Made by a program: the position numbers and the translations under genes. Positions 12,298 to 23,243 of a DNA stretch of 64,000 nucleotides are shown here, in pieces. The stretch lies in contig OX638152.1 in NCBI GenBank assembly GCA_951804945.1, positions 96,534,001 through 96,598,000 on the forward strand. The letters are read 5' to 3'. The notes below the pieces were generated by a model that was not told the origin of the DNA, did not search any database, and worked only from the letters and a program-made list of their open reading frames with translations. Positions within the stretch are counted from its first letter, which is position 1, and each line of letters begins with the position of its first letter. This DNA comes from Podarcis cretensis. Lineage: Eukaryota.

Positions 12298-12420
12298 TAG
12301 AATTGTAGAGTTGGAAGGACCACGAGGGTCATCTATTCCAACCCCGAGCGATTCAGGAATCTTTTGCCCAGCGTGGGGCTCGAACACACAGCCATGATTA
12401 AGAGTCTCATGCTCTCCCGA
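12298..12420 (-). mobile_element. SINE with tRNA-Lys(CTT)-derived head and CR1 3' tail
   Basis: Minus strand: AGAGCATGAGACTCTTAATC...GTTCGAGCCCCACGCTGGGC (tRNA-Lys-like), then AAAAGATTCCTG...GGGGTTGGAATAGATGACCCTCGTGGTCCTTCCAACTCTACAATTCTA. Confidence 0.85.
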
Positions 12421-12975
12421 AATATTCCTCTCCTTGCTCCCAATCTAGAACTTGACACAGCCCTTCTTCCCTGATGGGCGGGCAAGGCACCATTTTGTGG
12501 CTGACCTCAGCTGCCAAAATGTCTTGGGCCAGCCCTCATGTCAGCCCTGCACTCCAGAACCGATTCCCCCTTTATCTCTGCTCCAGCCACCCAGCTGGTC
12601 TTCATATACTGTTCATTCCAGCCTCAACCCAGTGTTCTAACCCTTAAAGCGATATGCATTTTAATGCTTGCTTTCAGCCATTTGGCATCTAAACACAGGA
12701 CTTTGTCCCACTGTTTGTTGCTTGCCTCATTTTATTGTTTTGGCTTTCACCTTCAGCCCTCAACACAAGCCTAATCCTGTTTCCCATTTCTACCAGAATG
12801 CGTCCCATCAGCAGAACTAGCAACAAGAACTTCTCATTTTCACCTGCAAAGGAGGTCTAACCCTGTCCTTTTCAGCAAGGGCTACCTAGGAGAGCAGAAG
12901 TCACGCAAATGCATTCAGAGATACCTGTCTCTAGGACAGCAAAATCACTGGCTCAGTCGGTACATGACATTAAAC

Positions 12976-13219
12976 CAGGAGTCAGCAAACTTTTTCAGCA
13001 GGAGGCTGGTCCACTGTCCCTCAGACCTTGTGGGGGGCCAGACTATATTGGGGGGGATGAATGAATTCCTATGCCCACAAATAACCCAGAGATGCATTTT
13101 AAATAAAAGGACACATTCTACTCATGTAAAAACACGCTGATTCCTGAACCATCTGCGAGCTGGATTTAGAAGGCGATTGGGCCGGATCTGGCCCCCAGGC
13201 CTTAGTTTGCCTACCCATG
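12976..13219. mobile_element. hAT (Charlie-like) MITE
   Basis: Perfect 8-bp TSD CATTAAAC (12968-12975, 13220-13227); imperfect TIRs CAGGAGTCAGCAAACT / AGTTTGCCTACCCATG. Confidence 0.9.
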
Positions 13220-14171
13220 CATTAAACCATAGTTTAAAGCAAATTATGGTGTGTTTGCAAGCACATGCTGCTAAGGTTTTCAGTGCTGCTTTTCCACTGC
13301 TGCCACCCTGTGGACAAAATAGGCCAGAATCTGCCTTGTCTTGTCATTCAAACCCAGGTTTGTGGTTCATTTCTCCCCCAACACACCACTAGTGGTAAGC
13401 TAAAAACAGATCTTGGCTGGTTTGGAGAGCAATGACAATGAGCCCAGGTTCAGACAACACAACAAGGCCGACTCATTGTTTGATCCACAGTGTGGTAGGA
13501 GTGGAAGAGGAGCGCCCACTATCTCACATTAAACCACAGCTTGTTTTAAGCTGAGATGTAATGTGACATGATACCCAAGCCTGGTTTCCTTCTGCCCATT
13601 CTCAACTGCACTTTGTTTAGTCTCGGTGCCTCCTGCTTTTAATCTGTACTCATAGTAAAGAAAGAACTAGCGTTTTTTTTTAAAAAAAAAAAGTATACAA
13701 GAACATAATTTTTTATTTATTTTAGAGTAGTTTTGTAGAATACATTGAATCTGGAAAGATCTAAACCTATTTTTCTGTATAAATATTATTTGCCAAAACT
13801 TCATTTATATTTTGGAAAAGAATGTCTAACGATGGTAAATCGACCTTACATTGGTTTGTTGTTGTTGTTGTTTTCAATACTCCTTTGAAGCAACCATGAA
13901 ATGGGCCAATATAGTCAGCAAGTACTGAAGCCAAGACATAATTTCAAGTGTCTTGGGACGTCTCTGTATTTTCTATAAGAGCACTTCACCAAAATACCTT
14001 AATTTGCCCATACAAAATGATCAATGGTGACATTTACACTGCATCCTTTGCTAACAGTTAAATAAACCCCTTCTCTTATTCCATGTACTGTAATTATTTA
14101 GGAGCCTGATTTAAATACTCATTTATGAGTTGGTTGAAATATTATTTAATTACCCAATGTGCAACCATGGA

Positions 14172-14177
14172 AATAAA
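14172..14177 (+). terminator. Candidate distal polyadenylation signal of MBNL2
   Basis: AATAAA at the end of the AU-rich block, followed by GT/T-rich sequence at ~14210-14230. Confidence 0.45.
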
Positions 14178-15048
14178 AAGAAGCATTTTAAAATGATTTT
14201 GGCACCTCAGTGTTATTTCATTGTTTTGACATACTGAGAAAACGATTCCAACAAAGGAAAGTGGATCAACGAGCCTTGCGTTTAGAAAAGCTATAGGCAA
14301 TAAATGTATGAAGAAATGCTGGAATTTAGGGTGCTTTTATCAGACAGGAGTTTATGCCAGGCACTCCTGGCATTCTCAATCCACATGCAATGCTTTTTAG
14401 TCAGAGCAGACTGGTAGATCTGCACTGCTGGCACAATCATTCTTTCACAAATTCAGAACTTCCTTCCCTTTTCCGTTTGGCACAGACAAAAAGCTATCTC
14501 AAAACGCCCTACAGGTGATGATTTTCTCTGTACCAGAGAGCCTGAAATAAGGGAAGCCAGAGTTCCCCTTAGATTGACTTCATGGAAGTGCCGAGGCCTC
14601 TCAATGATGATCAGACAAAAAATGACTGCTCTTGTAGTCAACTGGTAAAGGTGAGCTCTAGAACCCAGCAAACGTACCTACAGCATCTACTTGCTGTGCC
14701 ATGAGAACAGCCTAGCTGAGAACTAGGCTTGAAACAGAAAGCAGAGACACTCATCCCTGCACAGCGATTGCTCCTTCTACAGTTCTGTAATACTCTACAA
14801 TTCTATGATTCATGGAATTATATCTTTTCAGCACAGCTGGGAACCTATATTTAATTTTTAATTTGATTTGATATTAGACCACCTTGAGACCCTCTCTCAC
14901 ACCTTAAAAACAAACACATACAAGGTCTCCGTTCTGCGTTACTAGGCTGCAGATCTAAAGCCATTCCTAACAACTTCAGCCTAAAGGTGGTAAACCCTTT
15001 CTTTCCTTGCAGTTTTACCCCATTCTTCCTCAGAATGGGAGTGTGGAG

Positions 15049-15505
15049 CTGCTACCTACAGGACCGTCTCTCCTGGTATGCCCCGCGAAGGACATTAAGG
15101 TCCACAAATGACAACATTTTGGAGGTCCCAAGTCGCAAGGTCGCTTAGATTGGTCCCAACTAGGGCCAGGGCCTTTTCAGGACTGGCCCCGATGTGGTGG
15201 AACTCCCTATCACAAGAGACTAGGGCCCTGCGGGACTTGACATCTTTCCGCAGGGCCTGCAAAACAAAGCTGTTCTGCCTGGCCTTTGTTTTGGACTCAG
15301 TCTGACCCTTATGCCCCCCCCCCATGGTTTTGCTCTATGGGCTACTATTAAAATGAGGCTGCACTTTAACCTGTATTTTAAATTGGGCGTTTCCCCCCTA
15401 TTACGTTCTTTTTACTGTAATTTTACTGGTGTTAGCTGCCCTGAGCCCAGCTCTGGCCAGGGAGAGTGGGGTATAAATATTTTTTTTAAAAAAATTATTA
15501 TTAAT
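15049..15505 (+). mobile_element. L2-clade LINE 3' fragment
   Basis: Encodes ...RAFSGLAPMWWNSLSQETR...FRRACKTKLF (L2 ORF2 C-terminal RAFS..P.LWNSL motif), then a 3' UTR ending GGGTATAAAT and a TTA-rich tail. Confidence 0.8.
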
Positions 15506-16204
15506 AATACAATATGGCAGGTAAGCAGCACCGCACAGTAAAATGTATCTGAATATGAAAACAGAACAAGGCAACAGTAGTGGAGAGCAAAAATTATAGA
15601 CTCGTCAAAAAAAAAATGTTGCTTGCATCCCAAAAGCCTGGGCAGATAGGAAGGTTTCTACCTTTTGTGCTTAAATGTGGCCAAAGTGGAGAACAACCAA
15701 ATGTTCTATGGGAGTTCCATAACAGATGGGGGGAAGTGCACCAGTAATATTTCCTCCATTAACAGAAGCAGTGCTATAGTGCTCATGTCCTGCTTGTGTG
15801 CTTCCAGTAGGAATCTGATTGGGCACTGACAGCAAGTTATACTGGACCAGGTGGGCCCCTGATCTTCTATGCCAGCACATGCTTGGCCTGTGACCTTCCA
15901 GTTCCACTCAGCCATCCAAAGACTTCTGCACCCTCAAACAATTCCATCCTTTCTCTCCTAATGTCATATACTGCTGGAGCTGTCTTGCAGAATACCTCTA
16001 AGTAAAGTCGCCTCTCTCATTTCAGATAGCTCCTCAAAATATATTTTCCCATATTCTGCTAGCACAATCCCAGCCCCAATGCCCTAGTCTAAGGCTGCCA
16101 CTTACTAAATAGTAAGCCCCATTTAACTCCATAGGAATAACTTTTGATTATAGGATGGTGTAAGGTTAAGTATAAGCAATGGAAACTACTGCACACTTCC
16201 CTGT

Positions 16205-16209
<5 letters not shown>

Positions 16210-16239
<30 letters not shown>
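16210..16239. repeat. (GT)n microsatellite
   Basis: Direct reading; another (CA)n tract at ~16960-16982. Confidence 0.95.
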
Positions 16240-16241
<2 letters not shown>

Positions 16242-18131
16242 CTCTGCCTGTGGATGGTGCTCAATGAATAAATATTTCGCCCTCCAGAACTAACAGCTCA
16301 TGTAGAAAAATCCATTAAAATGAATCAAATGTCACAGCTCTAATCATCCATTTGGCTAAATCTAAACTTGTGCCAGCCATGAAAGCTGTAGCAAGAGGCG
16401 TTTTAATTACGGTGAGGGCTACTTATTTAAAAATTACTGCAGTGTCAGAAAAATACTGTGAAATGGGTTGAGTTGCTAAATCTCTTTGTCTTCTATTTAG
16501 TTTTAAGAACATTGCACTATTGTTCTGTATGAGGCAAGTGACCTGTCTGGCCCTGTATTACCTGTAATATCTAGATGCCTCAGATGATATATACCAGTAC
16601 TATTGTAGGAGAATCCACTGTCGATCATCTGCATCTTCTAGCAATAGAAGCTATTATCATTCCATTGCTATTCTGCAATAATGCCTTCAAATCACTTTTT
16701 CTTCTGTCACACAAATCCCAACATTTCTGAAATACGGTTCCGCAATATTTTCATGGTGTGCAAAGTTTTGCACGCTTTCCCACTTTTGTGTGTGGTGGGG
16801 GCAGGGAATGTTAAGTGACTTCGGTTTCATGGCATTTCTATGCATCTCTTGACAGAAGCCTGTCACTGCAGTCTCTCAAATGTGTGGACAGCTCACCGAC
16901 ACAGTGAACTCAAGTAGTTCCTGCCACCTAATTTTGGAATACCAGGAGTTATATACCAAACACACACACACACACACACACAAGGGTAATTGGTGACCTG
17001 TGTGCATGCTCATAACATGATCGTTTACTGGTTGGTGGAAGGAGACAATGCAATCTGAATGCATTCTGTCACTGGTGTGGACAGAAAAAGTGTGACCACC
17101 CTGGAACATACAGTACTAGTGCTATAAATGAAGCATCAGGAGGGGCGCAATATGAACCATGAAACTAGGATGGCTCGATACAGAATTTGTCCAGACCCTG
17201 GCATGGCTGTCGTACTTGCCTGCTAACTCTGGCTTCCAGTCACTGCAGCTCTGTTACCTGGCAACGCTTAAGAGGTCAAGAAGTGAGAAGCAGCAGTGAA
17301 GGTGGGTTGGCTTTCATACATTAATTTAAACTAATCAGCCAACTCTTTTGCTGCAGGTCTCTGGAATTTCTGTATTCCCCTCTAAAATAGTCAGCCTATA
17401 TGCAGAACATGATAGGAGGAATTAAGAGATTCCGCCCCCACTCCCTTAGCCATAAGATGATGACAAACCCACCACATCGCAATTAAGCCTCGTTTCTCAT
17501 TAGCTTTCTGAACTTCATCATCACAAATTCTATGGTCCGGTTCACACAAGTAAAAAACCCCTATTTTGTCAAAGGCTTATGTAAGGCAGTAAACGTGTTT
17601 TGCCGCTGGCAGGAGAGAAACACTTCTAAAATGTTTTCACAAGGTCTCAGAACAGTGCAGAAGTTTGCAGTATCCTGATCACAGCCGCTGTTCTTTCCTG
17701 AAGAAATGTGCTTACATTTTGAATAGTACGGAGGTCCTATGGGCGGAGAATTGTGGTGGCACAGAAAGAAGTCAAACTAAAGAGGACCCCCCTTTGTTTA
17801 CCCTTTCTCTTTGCTCCTATTAACACTCTGGGCCCCTCCAGACATTCTGTTTATTGTGTATTCACTTTCAACACTCTTTGCTCCTGCAAGTTTCATGGTG
17901 GATATACTGCTTCGTTTCCAATGAGTTTTGTGTCCTGTAACTTCCTACTGAAATCCCATATTTTGCAAGTGTTAAGAGTTTGTTTTTGTCTCACGCTTGT
18001 TGCACTATAGCACAAGAGTGCCCCCCCTCCAGATGGCAATTTTTGGTTTTTAATATTTTGGTTAAATGGAAAAAATTGATACAATAAAAGGAGAATGTCC
18101 TGGGTGCCTAGATCCAAATTTGAGGCAAGTA

Positions 18132-19070
18132 CCGTATTTTTCATTCCATAGGGTGCACCGGACTATAGGGTGCACCTAATTTTTAGGGGGGGAATTCAAG
18201 AAAAAAAAATATTCTTTAAAGGGAGCGCTGAGCAGAGCCTGCATGCATCCCAGGCTCTGCTCAGCTCTCCCTTTCATGAGACGAGTGGAGTGTGTGTGTG
18301 GCTCTTGGGGGCTTTTCCCCGAGGAGGGAGAAGGGCAGCCAGTCAGTGATGAGCTGCCCTTCTCCATCCTAGGGTAAAAGCCCCCAAGAGCGCCTCCGCA
18401 GGGCAGCGGGATGAAGGCTCGCTGCTGCCCTGCGGAGGCTTCACGGGCTACCCCAGAACTGCTCAGGAGCTTTATCAAGGCTGGCGGGGGAAGCCCGGGC
18501 TTTCCCCACCAGCCCTGACAAGCTCTGGGAGTATTCCCCACCTCCCGCAGAAGACGCACACTCTTTAAAGGGGCTGCACGGCTTCTACTGGCTTTTCTAG
18601 GAGATGGGGGAATTCCCCCACCTCCCTGAAAAGCCTGCAGAAGCCACGGGCTCTTTAAAGGGGCTGTGCGGCTTCTATTGGCTTTTCTAGGAGGGGAGGG
18701 AATTCCCCCACCTCCCTAAAAAGCCTGCAGGCTGCCATCTGCAAGCCTTGGGAGCCCGGCGGGAACTCCCGCTGCGCTCCGAAGGCTTGCGGACATCTGC
18801 CCGAAGCTCGGGGTGCCCTCCCCTGCACTCCCCGGGTTTCGGGCTGCAGGCTGCTGTCCGCAAGCCTTGGGAGCCCGCAGGCACTCCCGCTGCGCTCCAA
18901 AGGCTTGCGGATAGCTTCCTGAAGCCTGAGAGTGAGAGGGGTCAGTGCGCATCGACCCCTCACGCTCTCCAGGCTTCAGCGAAAACCTGCATTCGCTCCA
19001 TAGGATGCACACACATTTCCCCTTCATTTTTGGAGGGGGAAAAGTGCGTCCTATAGAGTGAAAAATACGC
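18132..19070 (+). mobile_element. Tc1/mariner-superfamily (Tc2/pogo-like) non-autonomous element with internal GC-rich repeats
   Basis: TA flanks; TIRs CCGTATTTTTCATTCCATAGG / CCTATAGAGTGAAAAATACGC; internal ~90-bp and ~50-bp direct repeats; no transposase ORF. Confidence 0.85.
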
Positions 19071-19604
19071 TATTTTTTGGTTAGAGAGCCCCAGCAGATA
19101 TTTAAAATAGCAAAATAAAGCGTAGAAACATAGGCTGTTAGACCTTTAAAATATTCCCTTCTATGTTGCCTCCAAAGCTCCCCACTTCCCTTAGCATAGA
19201 AAGAGACCACGTTTGACAAGTTAAAAATGTTTTACTTACAAACTCTGCAAAGAGTAGATTCATGTACTTTTCCATACAGCAGAAAGAAAAGACAGGCAGT
19301 ACAACTTAGTTTCAAAATGGTAAATGCTTCTAAATTATATGTATAGACACAGAAAGGTGGCTTGGAGCATCCAGCTTCGTTATCCTTACTGGTGGGTGTC
19401 ACATGGTAAAAAAGAATAGTGGAAAGTGGGAGAACAAAAGGTTTGCTAGCTCTTCCTCCCAAGGTTAGGGGGTATGATCTAGCTAAGTCAGGCAGGACAG
19501 CTTACTCTATGGTCTTAACCCCTTCATGCATTAGTTAGTTAGTTAAGCATTTTTGTTATATGAGATTAGATATATCCCATACTAATAACGTGGTGATATT
19601 GAGT

Positions 19605-19760
19605 AAGCATTGCAAAGCAACTGAGTGACCTTGGGCCACCCACTGCCTTTCATCCGAAACTACCCCACAGGGCTTTTGTGGGAATTAAATGAGGAAGAGG
19701 GAATTAAATGAGCTCCTTGGATAAAAGGGTATGATACAAATGCAATAATAATAATAAAAA
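19605..19760 (+). mobile_element. CORE/MIR-like SINE remnant
   Basis: GTGACCTTGGGCC...CTACCCCACAGGG..TTGTG core, GAGCTCCTTGG, (AAT)n tail. Confidence 0.65.
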
Positions 19761-21339
19761 TAGAATAAAGCAATGTAAATCCACCACTAAGGAACTATTA
19801 TTGGAACAATGTCACGTTGCAGAACAGAGTCTGGAGGGGCCCATAAGAGATTCTTTAGAGGTGGCTACGAGGAAACAATCATTGCCTCGGCTATCCCTTT
19901 TTTTAGCAGGGAAGCATGCAGCTTGAGAAGAGGAGCTTGCAGTGGCATTGCCAAACCATGGAACAGATTGGGAGCAGCCATCGCCACAGCTCCTCAGCTT
20001 GACCCAGAAGGCACCCAGCATGAGCAGAGGAGCTCCACAGACAGCCACCCTGATTGCACCCTTTTTCCCATCAGATGGGTTAATCAGCATGGACAAGGTT
20101 GCCTTCAGCTTGCCTGTTTTTCCTGCCTCCCTGTATCCTGTTCACCTCAAAATGTTGTGGCTTATATTTATGCCACCCCCACACTTCAGCTGACGTTGGC
20201 TCCCAATATGCAGCTTACAATTAATCTACACACAAATGTACAACATAAAATGAGGGCCATGTTGGTATTTGTGCCAGTCTCTTCTGATCCCTGGCAGTTG
20301 GCAATGCAGCCCAGGTTCCCAGCTCTTTCCTGTGGCACTCTGATGCCAATGGTAAAGCTGACGTGGTTAACTTTATGTTTCAAAATGGGTTAGATTTCCT
20401 GGGGTATGCTAGCATGATCAATACTCTCCATTACTGATTAACTGGAGATTAAAACTGATTACGGAACACAAAATAATTTGCAAACTCACCAGGAGCAAAA
20501 AAAACAACCTCCAAACAACCCACCATCAATAGTATTCATTTACTAATTCACAGAAAATATTGAGGGGAAAGTATGATGGAACAACACGGAAACAGAACGT
20601 GCCAACATAAAAACTGTCCTACGTAGTTCTGGGAAGAAGACCAAATAACAGAAGAAAACAGTAATAACATTTTGACCAGCCTCCAGGGTTTGGCCAAGGT
20701 AGCAACTGTGCTATGCTTTTTGAGGTTAATCATCATTTTGAGCTGCTTTCAAATCAAAATTTTTGCTCCTATATAATTATAGCTCTTTAAATAAAGGAGC
20801 CTGGCAGAGCTATTCATCTGTTACTTCTAAATACCATACACCTCCTAGACATCTTAGAAAATTGGCCTCATTTTTTGTACCAAACATAAGGGAGCCAAAG
20901 TTCTAAAATCAATTACTTTATGCACAATTGAGAGATCTGAAAGCATCAAGATGGAACTTATTTTACTGCCTTTTTTTTATCAAAACAGATGGAGACATAC
21001 ATTGCAAAGCTTCTAAGATGAGAAGCCAATCTGTACTCCCTCATCCTTTAGCCAAGCCACTGAAATTTCATTTAGATATTGCAGAAGGCATTGTTTGCAG
21101 TCGATATGGGGCAAGACCAGTATTAGAATGTGTGTGGACAGAGATCTAATAACTAGGCCTGTGGCTGCATACACCAAGCCCATGCCCACATCTCCCCACA
21201 CGTGTCTTTAGCCTTCCTGATCAAAGGTCTGAAGGGGGGTTCTGTCCATTTTCATTTGAACACCTCTGCACAACTAGAGATGCTACTTTATCAGGGTTTC
21301 CAATTGCACAGTGGGTCCTACTCAACATGGGAAGGTCAA

Positions 21340-21730
21340 GAAGGCCTTATGAGGAACGGTTGAAGGAGCTGGATATGTTTAGCCTCGAAGAGACTGAGAA
21401 GAGATAGGATAGCCATCTTCAAATACCTCAAGGGCTGTCACATGAAAGATGGAGCAAGCTTATTTTCTCCTGCTCTGCAAGTTAGGACTCGAACCAATGG
21501 CTTCAAGCTCCAAGAAAGGATATTCCGACTAAACATGAGGAAGAACTTTCTGAAAGTAAGAGCTGTTCAACAGTGGAACAGTCTCCCTTGCGAGGTTGTG
21601 GACTCTCCTTCCTTGGAGATTTCTCAGCAGAGGTTGGATGGCCATCTATCATGGATGCTTTAGCTGAATTTCCTGCATTGCAGGGGTTTGGACTGGATGA
21701 CTCTTCCAACTCTACAATTCTATGATTCTA
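21340..21730 (+). mobile_element. CR1 LINE 3' fragment
   Basis: ORF 21442-21663 (RTRTNGFKLQERIFRLNMRKNFL..RAVQQWNSLP..RLDGHL) is CR1 ORF2 C-terminus; ends in ATTCTATG repeats. Confidence 0.95.
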
Positions 21731-22589
21731 AGAACAGAGAACGTAGGGCTGAAACAAAAGGGGGTGTTGGGGACAGCATCAGTGCAGGAAGCACCGTGCC
21801 TTTTACACAGCTGGATATTTCCTAGTCAAGCTTAATATCTCAACAGCACTTCCCTGCTGCTATGTTTTTAGCAGCTCTATGCTTGAGTTCAGTACATGTT
21901 TTACATGCAAACAGTCCCTGGTTCAAACTGTGAAAAGGACCCATGCCTGAAACCCTGGAGAGCTGAAGGCAGTCACTGTCGAAAATACTAATCTAGATGG
22001 ACCAATGATCTATGCTTCCAAGAATTCTCATTTAACATATTTTGCTCCCTCAACCCTTCCAAGTAAAACTTATTACTGAGAGCTTGTGAGAAGGCAGGCT
22101 GTAAATTTTAATAAAACCCCACCCACTTTTAATGCATCAAATGAAAGCTACAATGGATGGTTTTCTTTAATAAATGTATGAACAACTATTCACAGCACAA
22201 TTATCTTCCCACAGTGTCTTACAGCATTTAAAACCATTCTAATCCATATAAAATAGAAAGCAATATTTAATAAAACTGTAGGGATGTTGTCAGGCTGCAG
22301 TTTGCGGGGCTGCCAACAGGTGGTGCTACAAACTACAGCATAACAGAAAAGCAACACTGGATGGTGAGGAGTGGGGAGGATGTAGAAAGGGGCAAGCAGG
22401 TTGCCCAGGTAAACAGGCAGGCATGCTGGCAGTCCAGGTAAGCAGTCAAGATGGACTGGTGAGCAGGCAGCACAGATGTGTAGTGCGGATAGTGGATGGC
22501 CCAAGTGAGCCTGCTGCTAAACCCAGACTTCCGTTAACCTTGCCAAACCCTCTTACAGCTCATGCCCCCCTTACAGCTTCCTCAAACTG

Positions 22590-23243
22590 CATACCCTCCA
22601 ACTTTTCTCTGATGAAAATAGGGACATCCCATTCCATAATAATATTTTTACTACAGTGGTGCCCCGCAAGACGAACGCCTCACAAGACGGAAAACCCGCT
22701 AGACGAAAGGGTTTTCCATTTTGGAGGTGCTTCGCAAAACGAATTTCCTATGGGCTTGCTTCGCAAGACGAAAATGTCTTGCAAGTTCCTGCGGGTTTTT
22801 TCCCCCGCCCCCTTTTTCTAAGCCGCTAAGCCGCTTATCAGCTGATCCGCTAAGCTGCTAATAGCGCTAATCCGCTAATGGGCTTGCTTCGCAAGACGAA
22901 AAAACCGCAAGACGAAGAGACTCATGGAACGGATTCTTTTCATCTTGCGAGGCACCAGTGTATTTATACCCCACAAATCTTACTGGGTTGCTCCAGCCAC
23001 TCCAGGCAGCTTCCAATGTATATAAAAACATAATAAAATATTTAACATTAAAAAAAAACCTTCCCTATACATGACTGCCTTCAGATGGCTTGGGGTTGGA
23101 TAACTCCATACCCTCCAACATTTCTCCATTGAAAATAGGGACCTCCTAAGCAAAAGTGGGACATTCCAGGATCAAATCAGAAACTGGGACGGCTTCTCTA
23201 AATCAGGGAAGACCCTGGAAAATAGGGATGCTTGGAGGGTCTG
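22590..23243. mobile_element. Composite hAT-like MITE hosting a nested insertion
   Basis: TIRs CATACCCTCCAA / TTGGAGGGTCTG; AAACTG on both flanks; internal second copy of the left end at ~23107-23145. Confidence 0.7.
22654..22960 (+). mobile_element. Tc1/mariner (Tigger-like) MITE, family B
   Basis: TA flanks; TIRs CAGTGGTGCCCCGCAAGA / TCTTGCGAGGCACCAGTG; many internal GCAAGACGAA motifs. Confidence 0.92.

Larger units (their letters stand above)
9324..14200 (+). other. MBNL2: MBNL2 3' UTR (3' end approximate)
   Basis: Follows the stop codon; long AU-rich, repeat-free blocks at 9324-11640 and 13620-14200; AATAAA at 14061 and 14172. Confidence 0.6.

Noticed and set aside
12365-12420. Functional tRNA-Lys gene (also tRNA-Asn at 47092-47159 and tRNA-Lys at 39097)
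   Set aside because: 5'-truncated, stems disrupted, and fused to CR1 tails; these are SINE heads
19809-20393. 194-aa + strand ORF
   Set aside because: No recognisable domain, splice structure or codon bias; likely chance or decayed repeat
22654-22960. Regularly recurring GCAAGACGAA motifs resembling a CRISPR or operator array (also at 28559 and 41488)
   Set aside because: Bounded by TIRs and TA duplications; these are internal subrepeats of a Tc1/mariner MITE in a vertebrate genome, with no constant spacer length
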